A stretch of 64,000 nucleotides of DNA from Patescibacteria group bacterium. GTDB taxonomy: Bacteria; Patescibacteriota; Microgenomatia; Levybacterales; GWA1-39-11. The notes under the pieces were generated by a model. It saw only the letters and a program-made list of their open reading frames with translations, was not told the DNA's origin and did not search any database. A program made the translations under genes and the position numbers. Shown one piece after another: positions 1 to 9,089 of this stretch. Every line of letters starts with the position of its first letter. Position 1 is the first letter of the stretch. The stretch lies in contig DASZYA010000004.1 in the NCBI GenBank assembly GCA_035545675.1, forward strand, positions 6,519 to 70,518. The letters run 5' to 3'.

Positions 1-1
1 T

Positions 2-1297
2 ATTATTGATCCGGAGGATGAGTATAAAGCGCTTTGTCATGCACTGGACGGAGAATATATTAATTTCTCAAAGAATTCTGAGGTTAAAATAAATCCTTTT
101 GCTCTAATTGCAGAAGATATGACAGACGCACAACTTGGTATAAAAATCTTGTCCCTTCATGGACTTCTTAAAACAATGCTTGGAGATATGACCCCGACTC
201 AGGAGGCAATTCTGGACCGTGCTATTGTTCTTTGTTATAAACAAAAGGGAATTACTCCAGATCCTGCAACCTATAAGCTTGAGCCACCAATCCTTGAGGA
301 TCTTTACAAAACTCTTCTAAATATGGAGGAGCCTGAAGCAAAAGATTTATCTTTTAGATTAGAAAAATATGTTAAGGGAGGATTTTCAGGATTATTTAAC
401 CAACAAACAAATTATGATGTTAAAAACCAATTAACTGTTTTCTCGTTAAGACAGCTTGAGGATGTATTACGCCCAATCGCAATGCATGTAATTCTGGACT
501 TTGTTTGGAATAGAGTTAGAACAAAACTTAAAAAAAGAATTTTGGTGGTAGATGAAGCTTGGTATCTTATGCAACATCCAGACTCAGCTAGCTTCCTTCA
601 GGGAATTGCAAAACGTGCAAGAAAATATTTCCTAGGGGTCACTACTCTAACTCAGGATATAGAAGACTTCCTTAATAATGATTATGGAAAATCAATTCTT
701 TCTAATTCTTCTGTTCAAATTCTTTTGAAACAAAATTCTTCTGAGGTAGAAACTCTTGCAAAAGCCCTCTTCTTATCAGAAGGGGAAAAACAATTCTTGG
801 TTACAGCTCAGGTTGGAGAAGGATTATTATTTGCTGGACAAAATCACATAACAGCCGCTTTTGTAGCCTCTTCCTCTGAATATGATCTTATTACTTCAAA
901 GCCTCAGGACATTATGGATGCACAAAATAATTCCGCTCCAGTAAATGAACCTATTGATGTACAAAGCACAGAAATTCCAATACCAACTGCGCCAATTCAA
1001 AACCCTGCTCAACCTCAAAATCAACCAATAGATAATAGTGAAATAAAAGTTGTATCAACCAACCCAACGCCAGTTATGCCACAACCCATACCTCAAACAA
1101 CCAACCCAACACTCACACAAACTGCGCCTACAAGTGGCGTACCCATTGCAAGCGTGTCTCAACCACAACAACCAACAACACTCGCCGGAATATCTCAACA
1201 GAATATGAACATAGGTAATTCAACTATCCAGGCTTCAGCTACACCAACCACACCCCAGACACCCCAAGTAGGATCAGTGGGTGGACAAAATGGCTAG
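2..1297 (+). CDS. VirB4/TrbE-family type IV secretion ATPase, C-terminal part (5' truncated by window edge); P/T/Q-rich low-complexity C-terminal tail
   Basis: The reading frame is open from position 2. It contains ILVVDEAWYLM (Walker B-like DEAW) and GVTTLTQD..SVQILLKQNS..GEGLLFAGQN, typical of the VirB4/TraC C-terminal ATPase domain. The last ~130 aa are a Pro/Thr/Gln-rich tail. Confidence 0.6.
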   Translation: MIDPEDEYKALCHALDGEYINFSKNSEVKINPFALIAEDMTDAQLGIKILSLHGLLKTMLGDMTPTQEAILDRAIVLCYKQKGITPDPATYKLEPPILEDLYKTLLNMEEPEAKDLSFRLEKYVKGGFSGLFNQQTNYDVKNQLTVFSLRQLEDVLRPIAMHVILDFVWNRVRTKLKKRILVVDEAWYLMQHPDSASFLQGIAKRARKYFLGVTTLTQDIEDFLNNDYGKSILSNSSVQILLKQNSSEVETLAKALFLSEGEKQFLVTAQVGEGLLFAGQNHITAAFVASSSEYDLITSKPQDIMDAQNNSAPVNEPIDVQSTEIPIPTAPIQNPAQPQNQPIDNSEIKVVSTNPTPVMPQPIPQTTNPTLTQTAPTSGVPIASVSQPQQPTTLAGISQQNMNIGNSTIQASATPTTPQTPQVGSVGGQNG

Positions 1298-2954
1298 CAC
1301 AACTTTAGATAAAGACCAAGATCAGTCAGTTGGGTATGGGGGACAACCCCCACAGACAGAAGATATTCAGAATCCTTTTCCAGGCGGAGAACCTCCAGAA
1401 GATGATCGTGATCAATCCAATCAAGAAAGCTTATCAGACAGAATTCGTAGCGGATACAACACCGCACAAAATATAAAAAGGTTCTCAGGTGCAGGACAAG
1501 CGGCTGAGGCCGGAGAAACTGCAGAAGCGGGGGCTGCGGCAGCAGAGGGCGCTGAGGCCGGTGCGGCGGCGGCTGAAGGCGCAACAGCTGGCGAAGCAAC
1601 TGCCGGAATAGGTGCTGCTGGAACAGCGGGGGCCGAAGCTGGAGCAGCCAGTGCTGCCGGATTAGAAGGGGCTGGAGCTATTGGTGGAGCTGGCTTGGCT
1701 GGGGCCGGGGCTGGAGCTGGAGCTGCAGGAAGTGCAGCTGCAACAGCGGGGGCTGCGGCAGCAACAGAGGCAGCAACGGTAACTGCAGTTGGCGTTGGAG
1801 CAACTCCCGTTGGATGGATAGCAGCAGCGATTGCTGCAGTAATAATTTTGATAATAATCATTGTAGTGTTTTTTAGCGGAAGTACCTCTACTCTTCCCGC
1901 TAATCAAACACAGACTAATCCAACAACCAGAACTGGAACCACCGGTACAGCTATTTGTGGTGGGGGTGGATCATCTGGATCTCTTAACTATTCTGTTTCG
2001 CTCAGAGACACTTCTGTTCTTCCCCAAAACGTAACAGCTGTTCAAAATGAAATAGCTAGTGAATTCCCAAATGCTCATCTTTATGATTGGGATCATGTTG
2101 TTGACTCAGCAGTCAGAGCCGGCTGGAATCCTTCCTTTATTCTTACTTTATGGATCGAAGAAAGTGGCGCTCAGGGTGCTTCCGGCTATACAGATGCTTT
2201 AGGCTGTGATCCAACACATCCAACAACGGATCTTAATAAAAGCTTAAATTGTGTTTTTAATTCTTTTAGAAATTACGATAATTTTGATGATTTTATGTGC
2301 GTATATGGAGGAGATGGATTCCATAAAGCCCCATGTACGTTTAATTCTGATAATCCAAATTTTCCGGGTAATATCCAGAAGTGGTATACAAAGCTTACCG
2401 GTGGAACAGACTCTAGTAGCCCAGCTTCTCCACTTGCTTGTGCGCCTGGTACCCCAGGAGACTGGCCAACAATGGGTCAAATATCTCAAGGTCCTCAGGG
2501 AGCAACTGATCATGCAAGACTAGCAACCTATGGTTGGAACGCAATTGATGTAGCCGGCGCGCCAGATGAAAAAATAAAATCTGCTTTTAACGGAACTGTG
2601 ACTGCGGTACATGATTGCATAAAAGACGGTGATTGCTCAGGTGGCTACAATGGATTTGGAAATTCTGTTGAAGTTACAACAAACACAGATAAGGGGTCGT
2701 TCACTACCCTGTATGGTCACTTATCAGAAATAGATGCAGTTATTAACTCAGATATTAAAGCTGGGGATCTAATTGGACTTATGGGAACAACGGGTCACTC
2801 AACGGGGGTTCATCTTCATTATCAATTTATCGGCGCCGACATGGCTCCACCAAACATTCCCCAGCCGATTGTCCCATTAGATTGTGATTCTATTGGCGCA
2901 TGTAATCCCGATCATATTCAACCCGGCGAGCTAAGCCCGACGCCAGCTATATAA
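1281..2954 (+). CDS. membrane-anchored peptidoglycan hydrolase: Ala/Gly/Glu-rich N-terminal region, one TM helix, putative lysozyme/SLT-like region (WIEESG) and C-terminal M23 (LytM) metallopeptidase domain
   Basis: M23 motifs: HxxxD-like GWNAIDVAG and GTTGHSTGVHLHYQF (HxH). There is a hydrophobic stretch WIAAAIAAVIILIIIIVVFF. The 5' end overlaps the VirB4-like ORF by 17 nt. Confidence 0.65.
   Translation: MDKMASTTLDKDQDQSVGYGGQPPQTEDIQNPFPGGEPPEDDRDQSNQESLSDRIRSGYNTAQNIKRFSGAGQAAEAGETAEAGAAAAEGAEAGAAAAEGATAGEATAGIGAAGTAGAEAGAASAAGLEGAGAIGGAGLAGAGAGAGAAGSAAATAGAAAATEAATVTAVGVGATPVGWIAAAIAAVIILIIIIVVFFSGSTSTLPANQTQTNPTTRTGTTGTAICGGGGSSGSLNYSVSLRDTSVLPQNVTAVQNEIASEFPNAHLYDWDHVVDSAVRAGWNPSFILTLWIEESGAQGASGYTDALGCDPTHPTTDLNKSLNCVFNSFRNYDNFDDFMCVYGGDGFHKAPCTFNSDNPNFPGNIQKWYTKLTGGTDSSSPASPLACAPGTPGDWPTMGQISQGPQGATDHARLATYGWNAIDVAGAPDEKIKSAFNGTVTAVHDCIKDGDCSGGYNGFGNSVEVTTNTDKGSFTTLYGHLSEIDAVINSDIKAGDLIGLMGTTGHSTGVHLHYQFIGADMAPPNIPQPIVPLDCDSIGACNPDHIQPGELSPTPAI
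1480..1800 (+). repeat. GC-rich low-complexity coding repeat (GCx-rich codons) encoding an (Ala/Gly/Glu)n stretch inside the hydrolase gene
   Basis: Runs of gctgaggccgg / gctggagc units stand out locally as a GC-rich patch in an AT-rich genome. They generate the spurious antisense ORFs 1294..1907. Confidence 0.6.
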
Positions 2955-2961
2955 TAAGACT

Positions 2962-4008
2962 ATGGAAAAAATAAAAACAATAAATCCTAAAATCTTATTA
3001 ATCATATTTCTTTTTCTGATAACCGTCATCTTAATGGCATTTCTAAGCCTTTTAATTGGCCCAAAAAGGAGCAATAAAACAATACCCGAATCTCTTACCC
3101 CCACCCCTGTTCAAGAACAAATTCCGGAGGACGCTGAAATTCCTACCCCCATTATCCAAAATCCGGCAAGCGTTATAACAAATAATCTTGGTCAAGTAAG
3201 CTTCTCTGTTCTAAATCTTTCAATTCCCAAGGAAATGAATATTTACAGCGCAGAACCCGCTCCAATAGATCAGACAACGGCAGACTCAATTGCTCAAAAA
3301 CTAGGGATCGAAACCAAGGGCAAGATTACAACAACAACCAACGGAGACGCGATGAGTTTTTCAGACAAATCAATCAACCTTATTTTTTATCTGACTTCTG
3401 GAAACACTCAATACTTCAACAGCTTAGCAAGCACTAATCAAACACAAGGCAAGAATCTGAATGATTTACAAAATACATCTAAAAATTTCATGGATCTTTT
3501 TTCTCCTTTATCCGATGGGCTCATTATTGATGAGAAAAACACCTCTTTCATCACTGGTAGCGGAGATACAGAGAGCGTACCAAGCTTTGATCAGGCAACA
3601 ATTATAAACATTCCTTTTATACAAACAGTTGATGGTCTACCACTCTATTCACAATTTGGAAGCAACACGCAGGGAAGTGTTTCTATTAATAAAAATGGAC
3701 AAATATTAAGAGTGATACTTAACACCAAGCAGATATTGCTAGCCAAAAAATCTATCCCCACACTAACATTGGATGCAGCCAAAAAGGCCGTAATCAATGG
3801 AAACGCTGTCATAGCAAAGTATGGAACAGATAATGAGGTTTCTCTTCCAAATCCACAAAGTACATTATTCACAAAGGTAAGCTTAGGATATCTAAGAGAT
3901 ACAACAGCAAAACTCCTCTACCCAATCTTTATATTTGAAGGAGTAGCAACAACCGGAGGACAAAACTATCCAATAACAATCTATCTGACAGCTTACGCAA
4001 CTAATTAA
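2962..4008 (+). CDS. hypothetical N-terminally anchored extracellular protein (possible T4SS-associated component)
   Basis: It has a single N-terminal hydrophobic helix (ILLIIFLFLITVILMAFLSLLIG) followed by a hydrophilic Thr/Asn/Ser-rich domain. I recognise no motif in it. Confidence 0.4.
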   Translation: MEKIKTINPKILLIIFLFLITVILMAFLSLLIGPKRSNKTIPESLTPTPVQEQIPEDAEIPTPIIQNPASVITNNLGQVSFSVLNLSIPKEMNIYSAEPAPIDQTTADSIAQKLGIETKGKITTTTNGDAMSFSDKSINLIFYLTSGNTQYFNSLASTNQTQGKNLNDLQNTSKNFMDLFSPLSDGLIIDEKNTSFITGSGDTESVPSFDQATIINIPFIQTVDGLPLYSQFGSNTQGSVSINKNGQILRVILNTKQILLAKKSIPTLTLDAAKKAVINGNAVIAKYGTDNEVSLPNPQSTLFTKVSLGYLRDTTAKLLYPIFIFEGVATTGGQNYPITIYLTAYATN

Positions 4009-5105
4009 TCCTGAACCCTGACAGGCATAATAATGTGAATAAAATCCGGATCACTTTCCGATTTAAAGACTGCCGGCTCAACAGGAGACAGAAGGTCAAT
4101 TATCACTTCCTTATCTTGAATATTTTTAAGAGCGTCTGTTATGTATTTAATATTAAAAGAACTCTCATTGTCGTCCCCATCTTGTTTAACAACCAATTCA
4201 ACATCTCCTTGCCCTAAACCACTAGACTGAGAATGCATTTCAATTTTTCCATCACTAACCGTGAGCTTAACAACATTAGCACTATCCCTGGCAAAAATAG
4301 ATGCGAGTTTTAATTTCTGATTTAACTCCTCACTATCAACAACTATTTCTGTCTTATGGTTCTTTGGTATAACTCTTTGATAGTTAGGAAAATCTCCATT
4401 AATAAGTCTGCCGACAAAAAGAACGTCTCCTGACTCGAAGATGACCTGGTTTGCTTTCTGATAAACAAACATAGAAATCGCTCCACTAGTTTTAGCACTT
4501 AACACTTCTGCGATAATTCTTGATGGAATAATAAGGTTTGCGTCTATATCCATCTTTCTACCTTTAATTTTCTTCAAAGATAGTCTAAAACCATCCGTTG
4601 CGGCAAAATCAAGTTCGTCTCCGTTTTGAGATACATATACCCCTGTTAATTCAGGTCTTCCTTCGTCGAGGGACGCTGCAAAAATCACTTTTGAAAAGAT
4701 ATTATTCATCTCGTTTTCTGAAAACTCATAAATCTTGTCTCCGTACTCTTCAAAAAGAGTAGGGAATTCTTCTCTAGCTATTGTCTGAAGAGTAACCTTA
4801 TTATCTCGACATTTAACAATTAGACTATCTTTTTCAAGTGTTAGGCTCACTTTGTCTTTAGGAAAAGAAGATAAAACCTCTATAAATTGTTTTCCGGGAA
4901 TTGTTGTTGACCCATTCTCCTCAACTTTTCCTGGAATTTTAATCCTTACACCAATTTCTAGATTCGTTGCACAAAGAAATATTCCGTTTTCATTTGCATC
5001 AATTAATATATTGGAAAGTACTGGGATTTGGGATCTTACTGGAAGAATTTTTGAAATAGTTGGTAAGAAACCTTCAACGTTTTCTATTAGGAAATCTGCT
5101 TTCAT
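4005..5105 (-). CDS. dnaN: DNA polymerase III beta subunit (sliding clamp)
   Basis: 366 aa with a three-domain clamp-like sequence (MKADFLIENVEGFLPTISKI...IPGKQFIEVL). It lies immediately downstream of dnaA on the same strand. Confidence 0.85.
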   Translation of the reverse strand: MKADFLIENVEGFLPTISKILPVRSQIPVLSNILIDANENGIFLCATNLEIGVRIKIPGKVEENGSTTIPGKQFIEVLSSFPKDKVSLTLEKDSLIVKCRDNKVTLQTIAREEFPTLFEEYGDKIYEFSENEMNNIFSKVIFAASLDEGRPELTGVYVSQNGDELDFAATDGFRLSLKKIKGRKMDIDANLIIPSRIIAEVLSAKTSGAISMFVYQKANQVIFESGDVLFVGRLINGDFPNYQRVIPKNHKTEIVVDSEELNQKLKLASIFARDSANVVKLTVSDGKIEMHSQSSGLGQGDVELVVKQDGDDNESSFNIKYITDALKNIQDKEVIIDLLSPVEPAVFKSESDPDFIHIIMPVRVQD

Positions 5106-5241
5106 ATATTATATATATTAGTAGTCGTAGTAGTATATGTGGACAAGTGGAAAAAAGCAACGAAGCACGCCTGTAAAAATGTGGAAAACCTACTGATAAC
5201 TTTGTGAATAATGTGTTGATATTTTTCTATACCCATTTTTA
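5106..5241. promoter_or_regulatory. candidate oriC segment: AT-rich unwinding stretch plus cluster of DnaA-box-like 9-mers between dnaA and dnaN
   Basis: TGTGGACAA (5138-5146), TGTGGAAAA (5180-5188) and TGTGAATAA (5203-5211) are each 1 mismatch from TGTGGATAA, all in the same orientation. They are preceded by ttcatatattatatatattag (5101-5125). Confidence 0.5.
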
Positions 5242-6576
5242 TTAAAGAGAGATATCCTCTTTTATCTTCCTTTTTATAAACGACATTTCCTCACGAGTCT
5301 TATCCGAGTTTTCAAGAGTTTTCCCTATCTTTTCCACAGCGTGCATAACGGTTGAGTGATCGCGTCCGCCGAGAAGGTTTCCTATTTCAACATATGTAAG
5401 TCCTGCCTCTTCTTTTAGAAGATACATACACATGTGGCGGGGCCCTACCAGGTAAGAATCTCGCTTCACTCCTTTTAGTTGTGTAGTTTTAAGATTGTAG
5501 TAAGTGCAAATTGCGTCAATTATGGCATCTGGTCTGAAAACCACTTTGGTTTGGGTTTTGTTGACCATTGGTAGAATTGTTTCTGGGGTTATATCTCCTG
5601 CTCCGTGTATCGAAGATAGTTTTAGTAAAAATCCTTCTAATGCTCGGGCATCTTCTATGTTTTCCGCAATTGCCTTTGCAGCCTCCAGGGATAAATTTAG
5701 TCCATATTTTTTACTCTTAATAAGAAGTATTGCCGTTCTTAACTCAAAATCCGGTGGCTGAATATCAACGGATAGTCCGCCCTCAAACCTTGAAGCGAGT
5801 CTTGCCTCTAATTTCCTTATTTCAGAAGGTGGTCTATCTGAAGAAAATATAATTTGACCGCCACGATCTATGAGTGCATTAAAAGTGTGGAAAAGTTCTT
5901 CTTGAACCCTGTCTTTCCCGGCTAAAAATTGGATATCGTCAAGTAGAAGTATGTCTACATTTCTGAACTTTTTTCTTATGTCTGCTGTCGTTTTGTCTCT
6001 TATAGCTTCAACTACTTCGTTTGTAAACTCTTCTGTTGTCATATAGATAACTTTTGTGTTGTCATTTTCGGCAAAAACTTTGTTTGCTACCGCATTCATA
6101 AGATGGGTTTTTCCGACTCCTACTGTTCCATAGAAAAACAAAGGGTTATAGCGTGTTCCAGGATTTTGAGCAACGGTTGTCGCAGCCGTATAAGCGAGTT
6201 GGTTGCTTTCTGAAACAGCCAAGGAGTCAAATGTATAATCTGGTCTAATTCTTGCAGGGAGCCCTTTCCTAGCCGATAATTGAACGTCTTTTGCAAAAAG
6301 AGGCGTATCAAGCGTTTTTTTAGATGTAGGTACGTTTCTGCCTTCGGAGGTAAAAACTAAGCTAATATTACTATTAGTCTTTTTATCTAGAACCTTTTTG
6401 ATGAGTGAGTAATATCTTTTTTCCACATAGTCAGCGGTGATGTGGGTTGGTGCATCTATTGTTGCTATGGAATTCTCCAGAGAAACAAGAATAATAGGCT
6501 TAAAAAAAGTGAGAAATATTGGTTTTGAAACCTCTACTTCAATTTCAGCTAGTACTTGCTTCCAAAGATCTTCCAT
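5242..6576 (-). CDS. dnaA: chromosomal replication initiator protein DnaA
   Basis: AAA+ Walker A GTVGVGKTHLMNAV, a DnaA domain IV-like C-terminus (LKEEAGLTYVEIGNLLGGRDHSTVMHA), 444 aa. Confidence 0.9.
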   Translation of the reverse strand: MEDLWKQVLAEIEVEVSKPIFLTFFKPIILVSLENSIATIDAPTHITADYVEKRYYSLIKKVLDKKTNSNISLVFTSEGRNVPTSKKTLDTPLFAKDVQLSARKGLPARIRPDYTFDSLAVSESNQLAYTAATTVAQNPGTRYNPLFFYGTVGVGKTHLMNAVANKVFAENDNTKVIYMTTEEFTNEVVEAIRDKTTADIRKKFRNVDILLLDDIQFLAGKDRVQEELFHTFNALIDRGGQIIFSSDRPPSEIRKLEARLASRFEGGLSVDIQPPDFELRTAILLIKSKKYGLNLSLEAAKAIAENIEDARALEGFLLKLSSIHGAGDITPETILPMVNKTQTKVVFRPDAIIDAICTYYNLKTTQLKGVKRDSYLVGPRHMCMYLLKEEAGLTYVEIGNLLGGRDHSTVMHAVEKIGKTLENSDKTREEMSFIKRKIKEDISL

Positions 6577-6621
6577 AAGGGGAAAAATAAAACACTCCGA
6601 GCAGAGAACAAAGTATACGAA

Positions 6622-6630
6622 TGTGGATAA
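6622..6630. promoter_or_regulatory. perfect DnaA box (TGTGGATAA = reverse complement of TTATCCACA) upstream of dnaA
   Basis: Exact 9-mer at 6622-6630, in the dnaA upstream/divergent promoter region. Confidence 0.55.
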
Positions 6631-6695
6631 CTTTTTGTCAAGGGGAAATGAAGCAAATAATACTCCACTCTTTTGATATACTGAATAAAGAATTT

Positions 6696-9089
6696 ATGAG
6701 AATAGGACTTTTTACCGAGGGATTTTTTCCACAGCCAAACGGTGTTTCAGTAAGCGTTTTTGAGACAGCCAAGGAGTTAGAAAAACGGGGACATAATGTT
6801 ATTGTGGTTGCACCAAAATACCCAGGCTTTGTGGACAAGGAGCTAGATGTTATAAGACTTGCTTCTGTTAAAGTTCAAGAAGAAGCAAATATTAGAGTTG
6901 CATTAGCGCTTCCAGATACATCTTTTAGACGAGTTTTAGCTACAGACTTCGACTTGATACATGCACATAGTGGTGGTCCGATAACTCTTTTAGGTTCACA
7001 GATTGCTAAAAGCAAAGACATACCAATAGTCATTACTTATCACACACTTTGGAATAGATATACCCACTATTTTTTGAAAGGAAAAGTTGTTACCCCAAAA
7101 ATGATGGAGAGAGCAACAAAAATATTTGGTAATACCTTTGATTATCTTATCGCGCCAAGTGAAAGAGTTGAGAAAGAGCTTAAAAAATATGGAGTGAGGC
7201 GCCCCATAGCAGTTGTTCCAAGTGGAATTGATACTGAAAAATTTAACAAAGCAGAAAAAGGATTCCTGAGAAAAATAACAGGCATAAAAGATGCGCCAAT
7301 TGTTTTATTTGTTGGGAGAGTTGGAAGGGAAAAAAACGTGGATTTCTTAATAAGGTCATTTCGTGAGGTAGCGAAAAGGTCTGACGCACACCTAGTAATA
7401 GTTGGAGAAGGAAGAGATAGAAAAAAGTTAGAGGCTCTTGTTAAAAAGCTTGATTTAGAAAAAAGAGTACATTTTACAGGGTTAATAAATAACTCAGAGA
7501 TCCAAAAGGTTTATAAAGATGCAACTGTTTTTGTTTTTGCTTCCACCACAGAAACCCAAGGCTTAATAATCCCAGAGGCTTTGGCAAGCGGGGTTCCGGT
7601 AGTTGTGGTAGATGATCCAGCCTACAACTGCGTTGAAGATGGGAAAAATGGTTTCGTTGTAAAAAAGAACATTAATGAGTTTGCTCTAAAAACACTTGCC
7701 GTAATTGAGAACAAGGAGCTTAGAAAAAAACTATCAGAGCAAGCGATCATTACAGCAGAATCTCTTTCTGTCAAAAAAACAGTAGACAAACTAGAATCAG
7801 TTTATTTCGGTCTACTTAATAAGTATAACGAAGAAAGCGTAGCAAGAATCATGGGTCAAAATGAAAAAAGTGAGCGCATTTTTGTTGTAGACCTGGTATT
7901 CTTTGCAACTGTAATTGTCTTAAGGTTTGCTGCTCTCTTAGGGGATCACGCTACTTACCCAGCTCTATTCTTCCAAAATCAAATTATTTATCACACGGCT
8001 ATTGGTCTTTTTTTGATTTTGATGTTTTTGGCAGCCCTATTTAGAAAAAGAGATGTTGGTCTTATTCCCTTGGTAATGCTAGGAGTGGGTTTAGGCCTAA
8101 TAATAGATGAGGCCTGGTCAATAGTTGGAATACATGCAACATACCAAAATTACTGGAACCCACTAAATCTTTTGGCAATTCTTCTTGTTGGTGTTGTGCC
8201 CCCACTTCTTATAAGAAATAAGATTTCTGATAGACCAAAGTTTTATATTTCAACAAGAGAACAGAGACACGTTAATCCCGAGAACCCAAAGGTAAGCGTT
8301 GTAATACCTGCATATAATGAAGGCAATTTTATTGCCCCAACTCTTAAAAGTCTTCTCAACCAAACATACAAGAATTTTGAGTTAATAGTTGTGGATAACT
8401 CTTCAACTGATAACACTAGCGATGTTGCCGCAAGTTTTGGAGCGCGCGTAATTAAACAACACGTAACAGGCGTTGCCGCTACCCGTCAGGCAGGGTTCTT
8501 TGAGTCAAAAGGTGAAATTGTTGTATCAACTGATGCAGACTCCATAGTTCCCGAGAATTGGATAGAAAGAATTGTGGAAAAGTACAACAAAAACAAAAAA
8601 CTATCTGCTTACGGTGGATTGAATTATCTATATTCTGGGCCAGTTACAGCAAGAGCTGCCGGAAGATATCTGTTCCCAATATTCTGGAGAATAGATAGGA
8701 TTGTTAACCACGGTTGGAATTTGGTTGGATTTAATATGTCTGCAAGAAAAGATGCATTTATTAAGGTTGGAGGATTTAACTCTGATCTTAAGATGGGAGA
8801 GGATATAGATCTTTCTCAAAAACTTAGGACAGTTGGGGACATAGAGATTGACGATAGTCTTTTGGTTTATTCTTCCGGCAGGCGTTACAAGGATGGTCTC
8901 TTTGCAGGACTTACTGCTTACGTTCCCTTTTGGATATCAAAAATTCTTCTTAAGAAAGACAAGCCATTTGAATTCAAAGCAGTAAGGAGTGAAAAGAGTA
9001 ACAAAAAAGGATTTGCCTATCTACCGCTATGCGTTGTTTCTCTTCTTCTTGTGGCAATGTTTCTACTAGCCAATCCCGCCTTATTCTAG
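6696..9089 (+). CDS. fused glycosyltransferase: N-terminal GT4-family domain, central polytopic membrane segment, C-terminal GT2-family domain
   Basis: GT4-like motif ETQGLIIPEALASGVPVVV with Rossmann folds; about 5 hydrophobic helices (residues ~420-530); GT2 motif VSVVIPAYNEGNFIAPTLKSLLNQTYKNFELIVVDNSSTDNT. The ORF is open from 6621, but the start is assigned to Met26 (ATG 6696), since 6621 overlaps the DnaA box. Confidence 0.7.
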   Translation: MRIGLFTEGFFPQPNGVSVSVFETAKELEKRGHNVIVVAPKYPGFVDKELDVIRLASVKVQEEANIRVALALPDTSFRRVLATDFDLIHAHSGGPITLLGSQIAKSKDIPIVITYHTLWNRYTHYFLKGKVVTPKMMERATKIFGNTFDYLIAPSERVEKELKKYGVRRPIAVVPSGIDTEKFNKAEKGFLRKITGIKDAPIVLFVGRVGREKNVDFLIRSFREVAKRSDAHLVIVGEGRDRKKLEALVKKLDLEKRVHFTGLINNSEIQKVYKDATVFVFASTTETQGLIIPEALASGVPVVVVDDPAYNCVEDGKNGFVVKKNINEFALKTLAVIENKELRKKLSEQAIITAESLSVKKTVDKLESVYFGLLNKYNEESVARIMGQNEKSERIFVVDLVFFATVIVLRFAALLGDHATYPALFFQNQIIYHTAIGLFLILMFLAALFRKRDVGLIPLVMLGVGLGLIIDEAWSIVGIHATYQNYWNPLNLLAILLVGVVPPLLIRNKISDRPKFYISTREQRHVNPENPKVSVVIPAYNEGNFIAPTLKSLLNQTYKNFELIVVDNSSTDNTSDVAASFGARVIKQHVTGVAATRQAGFFESKGEIVVSTDADSIVPENWIERIVEKYNKNKKLSAYGGLNYLYSGPVTARAAGRYLFPIFWRIDRIVNHGWNLVGFNMSARKDAFIKVGGFNSDLKMGEDIDLSQKLRTVGDIEIDDSLLVYSSGRRYKDGLFAGLTAYVPFWISKILLKKDKPFEFKAVRSEKSNKKGFAYLPLCVVSLLLVAMFLLANPALF

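Noticed and set aside
1294-1907. Three antisense ORFs (1294..1599, 1421..1861, 1662..1907) opposite the hydrolase gene
   Set aside because: They lie in the GC-rich Ala/Gly codon repeat, where the reverse strand is stop-free by composition. Their products are low-complexity Pro/Ala/Cys strings, and the sense-strand gene has clear M23 motifs.
6621-6695. ORF-track start of the glycosyltransferase at 6621
   Set aside because: That ATG is part of the perfect DnaA box. The N-terminal 25 aa are non-conserved, whereas a GT4-typical start (MRIGLFTEGFFP) occurs at Met26 (6696).
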